Positions 37,988-47,695 of a stretch of 64,000 bases of DNA are shown in pieces. Below the pieces are notes generated by a model, which was not told the DNA's origin, did not search any database, and saw only the letters and a program-made list of their open reading frames with translations. This DNA is from Minisyncoccia bacterium (lineage in GTDB: Bacteria; Patescibacteriota; Minisyncoccia; Moranbacterales; GCA-2747515), in the NCBI GenBank assembly GCA_041738235.1, contig JBGSQF010000013.1:63345-127344 (forward strand). Reading direction: 5' to 3'. The translations under genes were made by a program, and so were the position numbers. The first letter of the stretch is position 1, and every line of letters starts with the position of its first letter.

Positions 37988-38437
37988 ATGAATGTAAGAT
38001 ATGTTTCTGCGGTGACGGGACTGGTGGTTCTTGTTGGTGCAGGAGCTTTCTATGGGGGGGCAGCCTACGAAAAAAGTAGCCTGTCGAGTCAAGGACTTCT
38101 GAGAAGCGGAACTTCTAACGGGGCCAACTTTCAGCGAGGTTCGGGTCCAGATGGACAACCAGGACAGAGAATTCCCGGACAACGTCCTAGTCGGAATGGT
38201 GGTGGCAACTTTATCATGGGTGAGGTGCTTTCTAAAGATGATAAAAGTATTACCATAAAAACACAGGACGGGAGTTCGAGAGTTGTTTATTTCTCAGGTT
38301 CTACTATGATTGGGAAGGCAACGGCTGGGAGTATTGATGATGTGACAAACGGTGAACAGGTGACGGTGGGGGGGACGTCCAACCCGGATGGAAGTTTGTC
38401 GGCCCAAAACATACAGATCCGTCCAATACAGCAGTAA
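37988..38437 (+). CDS. Secreted/anchored Gly-rich protein with a DUF5666-like beta-rich C-terminal domain
   Basis: N-terminal hydrophobic segment, a Gly/Gln/Pro-rich linker, and a SITIKTQDGSSRVVYFSG...GEQVTVGG...DGSLSAQNIQI repeat pattern. Confidence 0.5.
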   Translation: MNVRYVSAVTGLVVLVGAGAFYGGAAYEKSSLSSQGLLRSGTSNGANFQRGSGPDGQPGQRIPGQRPSRNGGGNFIMGEVLSKDDKSITIKTQDGSSRVVYFSGSTMIGKATAGSIDDVTNGEQVTVGGTSNPDGSLSAQNIQIRPIQQ

Positions 38438-38457
38438 CGGTTAGCCTTTAGGTAATG

Positions 38458-38488
38458 CAAAAACAGGGATTTCGTATCCCTGTTTTTG
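38458..38488 (+). terminator. Rho-independent terminator
   Basis: AAAACAGGGAT-TTCGT-ATCCCTGTTTTT. Confidence 0.7.
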
Positions 38489-38540
38489 TATGATATACTA
38501 ATATGATATATTTAAATATAATAAGTTTAATAAGATATAT

Positions 38541-38912
38541 ATGAGCACTATTCTTATTGTTGAGGATGAAAGCGTTTTGAGAAAGGCATTGAGAATGAAA
38601 CTTGAAGGAAGTAAATATTCTGTCTTAGAGGCGCGAGATGGAGTGGAAGCGCTTGAGGTGCTTTCTCGAGAAACGCCTGATGTTATTTTGCTCGATGTGG
38701 TCATGCCGAGAATGGATGGGATTACGTTTTTGCGTCAGTGGAGAACACAACAAAACGAGAAGCAAAATATTCCAATCATCATTCTCAGTAATCTTGCTGA
38801 TGGAGAAAAGGTAAAAAATTGTATTGAAAATGGCGTGTATGATTATCTGATTAAGTCAGATTGGTCTTTGGAGGATGTTTTGGAAAAGGTCGAATCAAAA
38901 TTGAAAAAATAA
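38541..38912 (+). CDS. Single-domain response regulator (CheY-like receiver)
   Basis: ILIVEDE...DVILLDVVMPRMDG...PIIILSN...K are the receiver-domain Asp/Lys residues. Confidence 0.9.
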   Translation: MSTILIVEDESVLRKALRMKLEGSKYSVLEARDGVEALEVLSRETPDVILLDVVMPRMDGITFLRQWRTQQNEKQNIPIIILSNLADGEKVKNCIENGVYDYLIKSDWSLEDVLEKVESKLKK

Positions 38913-38928
38913 AAAGTATTAGTCTTTT

Positions 38929-40269
38929 ATGAAGATAAAACCTCTTCCTCCCTATCTGGATGCCTGTTTTTTTTTGAGTGTCCTATTCGCTTTGCTTCCT
39001 ATATTTACGGTTGTCTACGCGGAATTTATAGGTCTTACATCGCTCCTGAGTGTCCTGATATTGATTCTTTATGTTGTAATGGCACTGCTATTTTTATCGC
39101 TTTCTCTTTCGCTCAAACGAAAAATGTTCTCAAAGCTCGCACATCAGGAGCAAACGCTCAAAGCCTCTGTTCAGGAGCTTAAGAAATTTAAACTTGCTGT
39201 GGATAATGCGTCAGACCATATTGCTATTACAGACGAAAATGGAATGATCCTGTATGCTAACAAGGCGGTCGAAAATGTTACGGGATTCTCTCAGAGTGAG
39301 ACGATAGGAAAGAAAGCTGGTGGAAAAGATCTATGGGGGGGAAGTATGGGTTCTGGTTTTTATAGGAAGCTTTGGGAAACTATCAAGGAAAAGAAACAAG
39401 TTTTTCGCGGAGAAGCTCACAATAGAAGAAAAAACGGAGATGAATATGTGGCGGCTCTAAGTATTGCGCCCGTTCTTGATAAAGAAAGGAACGTGGGGTT
39501 CTTTGTAGGCATTGAAAGAGATATTACAAAAGAAAAAGAGATCGACAAAGCAAAGACAGAATTTGTGTCTCTTGTGGCTCATCAGTTACGTTCCCCGTTG
39601 ACTGTTGTTCGTTGGTATGTGGAAATGTTGCTTAACCGAGAGCAGGGCGATATTACTAAGGAGCAAAAGCAGTCATTGCAGGAGATACAAGAAGGAAACC
39701 AAAGAATGACAGACCTGGTCAATATGTTTCTTAATATCTCACGTATCGAGATGGGAACGTTCTCTGTTTCTCCCGAGGAAGTACGCCCAAGTTTGGTCGT
39801 GAAGAGCGTGCTTGACGAGCTCAAGAGCATATATCAAAAGAAGCAGGTATCTATTGAGACGGAACTCGTGTCTGCCGAACGTGTGTATCTGCTTGATGTT
39901 GTTTTATTTCGTATTATAGTCCAGAACTTGATATCAAATGCGGTAAAGTATACTCCGGTAGAGGGTTCTGTTAGAATCCGGATCTACGAGGGGGAGGAGT
40001 CTTTGGTCTTTTCCGTCTCGGATACGGGCATAGGTATTCCGGAGAAGGATAGAAAATTCTTGTTTTCAAGAATGTTTCGTGCCAAGAACGCAGTTAATAT
40101 AGATGCTCAAGGGAATGGACTTGGGCTATACATTGTGAAGGAGATAGTAGAAACTTCTGGGGGATCTATTACTTTCACTTCGGAAGAGAACAAAGGATCC
40201 ACTTTTATCGTCCAGTTTCCAGTGACGGGAATGCGACGCAAAGAGGGGACAAAAAAGTTATCAGTGTAA
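38929..40269 (+). CDS. Sensor histidine kinase (TM - PAS - HisKA - HATPase_c)
   Basis: Two N-terminal TM helices, a PAS domain (ITDENGMILYANKA), H-box LVAHQLRSPLT, N-box NLISNAVKYT, G-boxes DTGIGI and GNGLGLYIV. Confidence 0.9.
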   Translation: MKIKPLPPYLDACFFLSVLFALLPIFTVVYAEFIGLTSLLSVLILILYVVMALLFLSLSLSLKRKMFSKLAHQEQTLKASVQELKKFKLAVDNASDHIAITDENGMILYANKAVENVTGFSQSETIGKKAGGKDLWGGSMGSGFYRKLWETIKEKKQVFRGEAHNRRKNGDEYVAALSIAPVLDKERNVGFFVGIERDITKEKEIDKAKTEFVSLVAHQLRSPLTVVRWYVEMLLNREQGDITKEQKQSLQEIQEGNQRMTDLVNMFLNISRIEMGTFSVSPEEVRPSLVVKSVLDELKSIYQKKQVSIETELVSAERVYLLDVVLFRIIVQNLISNAVKYTPVEGSVRIRIYEGEESLVFSVSDTGIGIPEKDRKFLFSRMFRAKNAVNIDAQGNGLGLYIVKEIVETSGGSITFTSEENKGSTFIVQFPVTGMRRKEGTKKLSV

Positions 40270-40311
40270 AATTTCTTGATTAATTGCTTTTTTTACTATA
40301 GCGTTAAACGT

Positions 40312-41778
40312 ATGAGAGAAGACATATTACAAACACGACTTCAAAAACTTGAAATGTTTCGTCAATCCGGACGTGATCCGTATCCGGAGAAGACAGACCG
40401 AAATACGATCGTGGCGGATGTAGCCGCATCGTTTTCCGCGTGGTCGGAATCGGGAAAAGAAGTGATATTAGCAGGTCGGGTACGATCGATGCGTGTTATG
40501 GGAGCAGTGGCATTTGCACATGTCGAGGACGAATCGGGTAAGATGCAGATCTTTTGTAAAAAGGATATTTTAGGCGTTGATGAGTTCGGTCTTTTGAAAA
40601 GCACTGTTGAGATCGGGGATTTTATTGAAGTGACCGGGATACTTTTTTTAACCAAGCAAGAGGAAAAAACTGTAGAAGTACATTCTTGGAAGATGCTTGC
40701 GAAAGCCACGCGTCCTATACCTACGGAACATTTTGGGATCAAAGATGAGGAAATACTTTTGCGAAAACGATATTTGGATCTTTTACTCAATCCTGAAACG
40801 CGCGAATTGTTTCGTAAGAAGAACATATTTTGGCAAACAGTTCGTACGTTCCTTGCGGAGCGAGGATTTCTTGAGGTGCAAACGCCGGTTTTGGAGAATA
40901 TTCCTGGTGGCGCTGATGCGGAACCATTTACTACTCATCACAATGCCCTAGATCGTGATTTTTATATGCGTATCTCCTTGGAACTTTCCTTAAAGCGTCT
41001 TTTGGTGGGAGGATACGAAAAGGTATTTGAGATCGGGAGGCTTTTTCGAAATGAAGGAGTGGATCGGGAACATTTGCAGGAATATGATGATGTGGAATTT
41101 TACTGGGCATACGGGGATCTTGAGAAGGGAATGAAACTTTGTGAGGATCTGTTCCGATCTCTTGTAAAAAATGTTTTGGGCGGATATGAACATACCTTTG
41201 AGGGAGAAACGATCGATTGGGAGAAGCCGTTCTTAATGATCGATTATTTTGAGGCTTTTAAGAATGAAACAGGGATCGACCTTTCCAGGGATGTGTCCAT
41301 AGAAGATCTCAAAAAGAAGGCGGATGCATTAGGGATCAAATATGAGGCATCATATGGGAAGGGCAGAATGATCGATACTCTGTATAAAAAAACCGTTCGA
41401 CAAAAGCTTATCCAGCCGTGTTTTTTGGTAGGTCATCCTATTGAGGTGTCACCGTTGGCTAAAGCTGATCCCCAAAATCCTAAACGAGTTCTTCGCATGC
41501 AGATCGTAGCAGGGAGATCGGAGCTGTGTAATACTTTTGCCGAATTGAATGATCCGATCGAGCAGCGTCGTCGATTTGAGGATCAAATGAAACTTCGTGA
41601 AGCGGGGGACGCTGAGGCGCAGATGCTCGATGAGGACTTTGTAGAGGCTTTGGAATATGGCATGCCCCCAGCATTTGGTTTTGGGATGAGCGAGCGATTT
41701 TTTGCCTTTCTTGTGGGTCGGTCAGTGCGAGAGACGGTCATATTTCCTCCAATGAGAGAGGCGGAGAATGATAAGTAA
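40312..41778 (+). CDS. lysS: Lysyl-tRNA synthetase (class II)
   Basis: LRKRYLDLLLNPE...FLEVQTPVLENIPGGADAEPFTTHHNALDRDFYMRISLELSLKRLLVGGYEKVFEIGRLFRNEG is near-identical in pattern to bacterial LysS. A TTG at 40276 is in frame, but the ATG at 40312 is preferred. Confidence 0.9.
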   Translation: MREDILQTRLQKLEMFRQSGRDPYPEKTDRNTIVADVAASFSAWSESGKEVILAGRVRSMRVMGAVAFAHVEDESGKMQIFCKKDILGVDEFGLLKSTVEIGDFIEVTGILFLTKQEEKTVEVHSWKMLAKATRPIPTEHFGIKDEEILLRKRYLDLLLNPETRELFRKKNIFWQTVRTFLAERGFLEVQTPVLENIPGGADAEPFTTHHNALDRDFYMRISLELSLKRLLVGGYEKVFEIGRLFRNEGVDREHLQEYDDVEFYWAYGDLEKGMKLCEDLFRSLVKNVLGGYEHTFEGETIDWEKPFLMIDYFEAFKNETGIDLSRDVSIEDLKKKADALGIKYEASYGKGRMIDTLYKKTVRQKLIQPCFLVGHPIEVSPLAKADPQNPKRVLRMQIVAGRSELCNTFAELNDPIEQRRRFEDQMKLREAGDAEAQMLDEDFVEALEYGMPPAFGFGMSERFFAFLVGRSVRETVIFPPMREAENDK

Positions 41779-41798
41779 ATTTTTGGGTCCTTAATGTT

Positions 41799-42788
41799 AT
41801 GAAGACCGTGATGATATTTGGGACATTCGATGGTTTGCATGAGGGGCATCGATCACTTTTTCGCCAGGCTAAGAAGCATGGCGATTTTTTGATCGTTGTA
41901 GTGGCGCGTGACACGACCGTGATGTTGGTGAAAAAACGCTTGCCTAAATATCGTGAGTGCGTTCGATACGCGATGCTTTGTGGTGAAGAACACGTCGATA
42001 AAGTGGTCCTAGGTGATGAGAAGGATAAATACGCAGTTATAAGAGCTCATAATCCGGATGTAATATGTTTAGGTTATGACCAAGAGAAGTTTGTTCAGAA
42101 ATTATATGAAAAGTTTCCCGGGGAGATCGTTCGACTTCTGCCATTTCAACCAGAAAAGTATAAATCTTCTAAGATAGAAAAAGAGGATCATATTTACCCA
42201 GCAGCTAAGAATGTTTTGCGCAGACATCTTTTTATCAAAAGAACGGAAATCCCCTTGGAAAAGAGAAAGAGAGATTCTCAATCGATAGTCTCTGCACTTT
42301 TCTCTCTTTCAGAAATACGGCGAGCTTCTGTCATTGCTCTTTATTATCCTATGCGGGCTGAAGTAGATATACGCGAACTTTTATGGAAATTCTTAGAAGA
42401 GGAAAAAATAGTCCTTGTTCCTTTGATGAAAAGAGGGGATCAAATGATCTTTTCTCAAATTACGAAGGAAACAGAATTTAGAAAAGGCGAGGGTGGATTT
42501 AGAGTTCCGCTTCACGTATCTCCGTACAATGGCGATATAGATGTCTGTATTGTTCCATGTGTGGGCTTTGACGCACGGGGAAATCGTCTGGGTCGTGGAA
42601 AGGGATGTTATGATCGTATCTCAGCGGAGTATCTTAGGACTTTTTTTGTAGGAGTTGCTTTTGAGGAGCAGGAGGTTTTGTGTCTTCCAGTTGAGTCTCA
42701 TGACAAGCGAATGGATGTTCTTTGTACTGCAGAAAAGGGTTTGCCTGTGATACGAAGATATGATACTCTCGTTACGGAAAACGCTTAA
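41799..42788 (+). CDS. Fusion: cytidylyltransferase-like nucleotidyltransferase (HxGH, FAD-synthetase/RibL-like) + 5-formyltetrahydrofolate cyclo-ligase
   Basis: N-terminal IFGTFDGLHEGH...IVVVARD (HxGH nucleotidyltransferase). C-terminal YYPMRAEVD...PCVGFDARGNRLGRGKGCYDR (5-FTHF cyclo-ligase GxGxGYYD motif). Confidence 0.7.
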   Translation: MKTVMIFGTFDGLHEGHRSLFRQAKKHGDFLIVVVARDTTVMLVKKRLPKYRECVRYAMLCGEEHVDKVVLGDEKDKYAVIRAHNPDVICLGYDQEKFVQKLYEKFPGEIVRLLPFQPEKYKSSKIEKEDHIYPAAKNVLRRHLFIKRTEIPLEKRKRDSQSIVSALFSLSEIRRASVIALYYPMRAEVDIRELLWKFLEEEKIVLVPLMKRGDQMIFSQITKETEFRKGEGGFRVPLHVSPYNGDIDVCIVPCVGFDARGNRLGRGKGCYDRISAEYLRTFFVGVAFEEQEVLCLPVESHDKRMDVLCTAEKGLPVIRRYDTLVTENA

Positions 42789-42804
42789 CAATAAGTTATT
42801 TTGT

Positions 42805-43254
42805 ATGGAATTTAGGCATCAGCCCGAAAAGACACCATTGAGGATCCTTACGTCACCGTTTATCTTATTTATGATCGTGCCTTTTGTTTTTCTTGATATT
42901 TGTTTGGAAGTGTATCATCGAATATGTTTTCCTGTTTACGGTATTTCACTTGTAGATCGAAGGAAATATATTCGTATTGATCGGCATAAACTTTCTTATC
43001 TTAAGGGGGTTGAAAAGGTATTTTGTGTATATTGTGGATATGCAAATGGACTTTTGCAGTATGCAACAACTGTTGCGGCCGAAACCGAGAGATACTGGTG
43101 TGGGATCAAGCATAGCCCAGCAGTGGGACTTATAGATCCCCCGCACCATAAGGATTTTCTTCCCTATGCGGATAAGGGAGCATTTGAAAATTTCGTCTCT
43201 CAGAAGGTTCCTACGCGGGAAAAAGACGCCCACTCAGCGGTTGAAGAAACATAA
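42805..43254 (+). CDS. Hypothetical protein with an N-terminal TM segment and a Cys-rich (CVYCGY...C) region
   Basis: Coding-like ORF filling the gap before the AlkD-like gene; no family assignment. Confidence 0.45.
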   Translation: MEFRHQPEKTPLRILTSPFILFMIVPFVFLDICLEVYHRICFPVYGISLVDRRKYIRIDRHKLSYLKGVEKVFCVYCGYANGLLQYATTVAAETERYWCGIKHSPAVGLIDPPHHKDFLPYADKGAFENFVSQKVPTREKDAHSAVEET

Positions 43255-43310
43255 TATCTGGAGAGTCTAGTCATGAACACCCATCGCACATGTGTGCACA
43301 AATAAAAAAA

Positions 43311-44018
43311 ATGAGTGGTCAGATATACAAAGAGCTCAAATTGTATGCAGATCCTACGAGGGCCAAACATTCATTGAGATTTTTTAAGTGTGGAAAGGGA
43401 CAGTATGGGGAAGGAGACCTTTTTCTGGGAATAACAGTGCCCCAGTTACGAAAAACTGCGAAGAAATATTTTCAAGACATTTCATTTGAACCTGTTCAGG
43501 AGCTTTTGGAGAGTGTATACCACGAACATCGCTTGTTAGGTCTACTCTTTTTGGTGTACAAGTTTGATAGATCTACTGAAAAAGAGCAGGCGAAAATATA
43601 CCGTTTTTATAAAAAGAACATTCGTCGGATCAATAACTGGGACCTAGTCGATGTTACCACACCTCGCATTGTAGGAGAGTATCTTTGGGATCACGTTGGT
43701 GAACGAAAGATCTTGAAGCGATGGACCACTGCGAAGAATATGTGGGAAAGGCGTATTGCAGTACTCGCTACATTCGCTTTCATAAAAAGAGGAAGATTCC
43801 AGGAGTCCTTCGATATCGCCAAGGCACTTTTACAAGATCCGGAGGATCTTTTGCACAAAGCCGTTGGTTGGATGTTACGAGAAGTGGGCAAGCGTGATCA
43901 GGTCGTATTGGAAAAGTTTCTTCTTGAGCGTGGGGCGCATATGCCACGCACAACACTTCGATATGCTATTGAGAGGTTTGATGAGAAGAAGAGAAAAGAA
44001 TATCTTTTATTAAAATAA
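43311..44018 (+). CDS. DNA alkylation repair protein (AlkD/AlkC-like HEAT-repeat glycosylase family)
   Basis: VPQLRKTAKKY...NWDLVDV...PRIVGEYL...WERRIAVLATFAFIKRG...HKAVGWMLREVGKRD matches the DNA_alkylation family. Confidence 0.7.
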   Translation: MSGQIYKELKLYADPTRAKHSLRFFKCGKGQYGEGDLFLGITVPQLRKTAKKYFQDISFEPVQELLESVYHEHRLLGLLFLVYKFDRSTEKEQAKIYRFYKKNIRRINNWDLVDVTTPRIVGEYLWDHVGERKILKRWTTAKNMWERRIAVLATFAFIKRGRFQESFDIAKALLQDPEDLLHKAVGWMLREVGKRDQVVLEKFLLERGAHMPRTTLRYAIERFDEKKRKEYLLLK

Positions 44019-44029
44019 AAATACTTACC

Positions 44030-44758
44030 ATGAAAGGAAAAAATGGTGAACAAGACGGGATAAAGATATTCTTGTCAACTCGAGATGACGGGAATATGGC
44101 TTTTTATGCAGGGGAAGAGCGTGGGAGGTCTTTTGAGAATAGAGAATGTTTTTTTCAAGAGAGGGGCCTTGATCTTTCTCGGGCTGTTTTCTTGCAGCAA
44201 ACGCATAGTGATCATATTTTGGTGGTTGGAAAAGAAAATGCTGGACGAGGGGTGAGTAGTCATGAAGACGCCTTGTCAGACGCGGACGCACTTGTAACTG
44301 ATGTTCCTGGAATCACCTTGTGTGTTCAGGTGGCTGATTGCGCGCCTATATTGCTTTTTGATCCGGTCCGTCGAGTGATCGCCGCGGTGCATTCCGGGTG
44401 GCGAGGCACCTTACAGAACATTGTAGGAAAAACTGTCTTGAAAATGGCTGACACTTTTGGCTCGGAGGCAAAGGATATACAAGTGTGGATCGGTCCAGCC
44501 ATAGAAGGTTCTTGTTTTGTTGTCGACGATCGGATCGCTGATCCAGTGAAAGCGAATGGTTTTTTAGGGCTTTCTGATGATGAAACGCATTGGGACATTT
44601 CGGTAGCTTGTAGGGGGCAACTTGTTCGGGAGGGCGTCAGAGAAGAGAACATCGATATGTCAGGGGAGTGTACGGTATGTAACAAAGAACAATATTTTTC
44701 TTATAAAAGGGAAGGAGATCATGCGGGTAGAATGTTGGGGGGTATCGTGCTTATTTAG
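44030..44758 (+). CDS. pgeF: PgeF/YfiH (DUF152, LACC1-like) purine-nucleoside-processing / peptidoglycan-editing factor
   Basis: LQQTHSDHILVV...ADALVTDVPGITLCVQVADCAPILLFDP...AAVHSGWRGT, with the conserved C/H metal-site residues. Confidence 0.85.
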   Translation: MKGKNGEQDGIKIFLSTRDDGNMAFYAGEERGRSFENRECFFQERGLDLSRAVFLQQTHSDHILVVGKENAGRGVSSHEDALSDADALVTDVPGITLCVQVADCAPILLFDPVRRVIAAVHSGWRGTLQNIVGKTVLKMADTFGSEAKDIQVWIGPAIEGSCFVVDDRIADPVKANGFLGLSDDETHWDISVACRGQLVREGVREENIDMSGECTVCNKEQYFSYKREGDHAGRMLGGIVLI

Positions 44759-44858
44759 GGTATGTGGACTGTGATATACTAAAGTGCATGGTGGGGGGAG
44801 ATTTATGAGCTGGTGGTAAGCCGTGGAGGTTAGCGCGACATAGATAGCTAAAAACCTT

Positions 44859-45362
44859 ATGAAACTTCTTCAAGAACTTCGAGAATCAGATCTGGGAATA
44901 GAGCCGAAAGAAAGCGCGGGTTTTTTGGAGGTGCGTAATGCGGTGCGAGCAGTGGTGTTTGATGCGGAGGGTCGGGTGGGCGTGGCGCATGTGGCCGATG
45001 GAAATTATTGGAAGATCCCCGGAGGGGGCGTTGAGAAGGGAGAGAGTTTTGTGCAAGCCCTGGAAAGAGAGCTTATGGAGGAGGCGGGAGTGAAGGCAAC
45101 CGTGGAGGGAGAGATCGGGGTAATCATCGAGCATCGCGATCAATGGAAGCAACTGCAAATTTCATACTGCTATCGGGCGCGTGTAGAGGGGGAAAAGCAG
45201 GTCCCAAAATTTGATGAGACAGAACGGGAAGAAGGATTTTCGTTTCACTGGTTACCCTACGGGGAAGCACTGCAAAAGTTTCGAGGAAACACCTCGCTAA
45301 CCTATGAATCACAATTTATGCAAACGCGGGATGGGATCTTTTTAAAGAAGGTCCCTATATAG
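44859..45362 (+). CDS. Nudix hydrolase
   Basis: Nudix box GGGVEKGESFVQALERELMEEAGV. Confidence 0.8.
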   Translation: MKLLQELRESDLGIEPKESAGFLEVRNAVRAVVFDAEGRVGVAHVADGNYWKIPGGGVEKGESFVQALERELMEEAGVKATVEGEIGVIIEHRDQWKQLQISYCYRARVEGEKQVPKFDETEREEGFSFHWLPYGEALQKFRGNTSLTYESQFMQTRDGIFLKKVPI

Positions 45363-45371
45363 AGCAACTTT

Positions 45372-45719
45372 ATGAGAGCATTTCTGAGAAAAATTTATAC
45401 TTGGCATAGAAACAACGGATGGGCTCCGGCACTATGCCTAATGATTACCTTTTTTCTCGTGGGGCAGGTTACGCAGATATTTGTAGGGTCTCCTCGTAGA
45501 TCAAGCGAGACATTGTTTCCTGTTTACCTTGCTCTTTTTAGTTTTTTCTTTGTGCTGATCGCGGTACAGGCAATTGGAACTGCATTATCAGGGGTATATC
45601 AGTTTCGACAAAATCGGTTACTCGTTGGGGCCTTGAATATTTTATTAGGCATCGGTATTATATTACTTTTTGGGTTCGTGATATTGGTATTTGTAATTCA
45701 TCCGCCAGGAGTAAACTAA
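45372..45719 (+). CDS. Hypothetical membrane protein (3 TM helices)
   Basis: Hydrophobic helices only. Confidence 0.45.
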   Translation: MRAFLRKIYTWHRNNGWAPALCLMITFFLVGQVTQIFVGSPRRSSETLFPVYLALFSFFFVLIAVQAIGTALSGVYQFRQNRLLVGALNILLGIGIILLFGFVILVFVIHPPGVN

Positions 45720-45731
45720 AAAGCAAGGCAT

Positions 45732-47024
45732 ATGGAAATTCTTTTTCATGGAGCGGGGAGAGAGATCGGGAAGAGTTGTATTGAGATCAAGAGTCAAGGG
45801 CAGCGTTATTTGTTAGATGCCGGAGTGAAGTTTGTCGGTGGAGGGATACAATATCCTCAATATCTTGAAGAGGTGGAGGAGGTGGATGCGGTATTCCTTT
45901 CACATGCACATCTCGACCATTCCGGAGCGCTGGCGTTCTTTGAGCATAAACGCTTGGGATCTTCGATATATAGTACGGAGTTGACCTGGACGATCACGCG
46001 GATGTTACTTGAAGACACACGGCATCTTGAGCAACTTCGTCGTGTTCGACCAACGTTTAGTGCTAAGGATATTGATCGAGTTGAGCAAGACATCGTGTAT
46101 GTAGAGTATGATAAACGGTATCAAACCAAAGATGGAAAGGTGAATTTTCAGTTTCTTAACTCTGGACATATACCTGGGGGCGCTTCAGTTCTTCTTGAAT
46201 TGGAAGGGAAGAAAGTTCTCTATACGTCAGATATAAATACACAGGAGACTCGGCTAATGATACCGTCGGTAGTTCCTACACAATGCCCTGAGGTGGATGC
46301 ATTGATCATTGAAGGGACCTACGGCGCGCGCAGTCATCCTGATCGAAAACTTACGGAGGAAGGGTTCATCAAGTCTATCCGGACATGTATGGAAGGTGGC
46401 GGATCGGCACTTGTTCCAGTTTTTGGAGTAGGAAGAAGTCAGGAAGTACTTATGGTGCTTGATGCCTTGCGAGGGGAATACCCGATCTATTTGGACGGTA
46501 TGGCCCGTGGACTTCTTGATGAAACACTGCGATCGGACGATCCCTATATTCGTGGAAATGATGTATTGCGTAAGATGGCTCGATATGTAAAGAAGGTACA
46601 ACGTCATGATCGTGAGAGGCTTCTTAAAGAAAAAAATGCTATCATTGTCTCTACTTCGGGTATGGTAGAGGGCGGTCCTTCTACCTTTTATGCGAGGAGT
46701 TTTATAGAAAAGAAGGAAAACTTTATCATCCTTACGGGATACCAAGCCAATGGTACACAGGGAAGGTCGCTCTACGATGACCATGTGTTCTTTGAAAACG
46801 GTGAGCCGATCCCCGCTAAATGCCATATGCGCAAGTTTAGTTTTTCGGCACATCTTGACCAGGGGGCACTCCACGATTTTGTGAATGCGATCAAACACAA
46901 GGACCTTATTTTGCAGCACGGAGATACGGACTCTTTGGATGTATTTTCGGCTTATGCCGTGGAGAATCTTCCTTCAACGAAAGTACATGTTCCGCATGTG
47001 GGCGAGACGATCCGTATTGAATAA
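45732..47024 (+). CDS. MBL-fold beta-CASP ribonuclease (CPSF/RNase J-like)
   Basis: MBL motif SHAHLDHSGAL, IEGTYG, beta-CASP motifs, and a C-terminal H..H. Confidence 0.8.
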   Translation: MEILFHGAGREIGKSCIEIKSQGQRYLLDAGVKFVGGGIQYPQYLEEVEEVDAVFLSHAHLDHSGALAFFEHKRLGSSIYSTELTWTITRMLLEDTRHLEQLRRVRPTFSAKDIDRVEQDIVYVEYDKRYQTKDGKVNFQFLNSGHIPGGASVLLELEGKKVLYTSDINTQETRLMIPSVVPTQCPEVDALIIEGTYGARSHPDRKLTEEGFIKSIRTCMEGGGSALVPVFGVGRSQEVLMVLDALRGEYPIYLDGMARGLLDETLRSDDPYIRGNDVLRKMARYVKKVQRHDRERLLKEKNAIIVSTSGMVEGGPSTFYARSFIEKKENFIILTGYQANGTQGRSLYDDHVFFENGEPIPAKCHMRKFSFSAHLDQGALHDFVNAIKHKDLILQHGDTDSLDVFSAYAVENLPSTKVHVPHVGETIRIE

Positions 47025-47035
47025 CGTAAAAGGGT

Positions 47036-47695
47036 ATGAAGAAAATCAAGGGAGTGTTATTTGATTTTGATGGGGTGATCCACAATACCTTTCATACGCA
47101 CCTCAGAAATATACGTGAGTTTTCAGGGTATCCTCTTACGGAACAGGAATATCGTGATATGCATAATGGGAATTTTCATGGGCATTCTCTTGATGGTTTA
47201 AAGGATATGGATTGGTTGGCCTACCGAAATTTTGTTCGAAAACATTTTGGAGAGCTTGTGATCGATCCAGAGGTGCAAAACTCTCTCAGGGAACTTGCGA
47301 GGGAACGGGAATTGTTTATTGTGAGTTCTGGTGGAGAGAGTGTTATACGAGAATATCTTGAGAGGAATGGTGTTTTGGAGATCTTTCGGACAGTGCTGGG
47401 AAGGGAATTCCATGCGTCCAAAGTGGATAAGTTCAAGTATATTTTTCAGCATTATGGATTTGGAAGTCGTGAAAGCGTGTTTGTGACGGATACTTTGGGG
47501 GATATTTTGGAGGCGAACGTTGTAGGACTCGAAACGATCGCCGTGGATTTTGGTTTTCATTCGAGAGAAAAGTTGCAAGAAGGAAATCCTTATTCGATCG
47601 TTTCTGACTTTAAAGACATAATTACTGTCGTAGAATCCTATGAATCAAGAGAGCAGACCGAGCGTTGGGATCGGAGTGATCATTCTCCGAGATAA
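47036..47695 (+). CDS. HAD-superfamily hydrolase
   Basis: Motif I VLFDFDGVI; motifs II/III present (S.G....D). Confidence 0.75.
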   Translation: MKKIKGVLFDFDGVIHNTFHTHLRNIREFSGYPLTEQEYRDMHNGNFHGHSLDGLKDMDWLAYRNFVRKHFGELVIDPEVQNSLRELARERELFIVSSGGESVIREYLERNGVLEIFRTVLGREFHASKVDKFKYIFQHYGFGSRESVFVTDTLGDILEANVVGLETIAVDFGFHSREKLQEGNPYSIVSDFKDIITVVESYESREQTERWDRSDHSPR

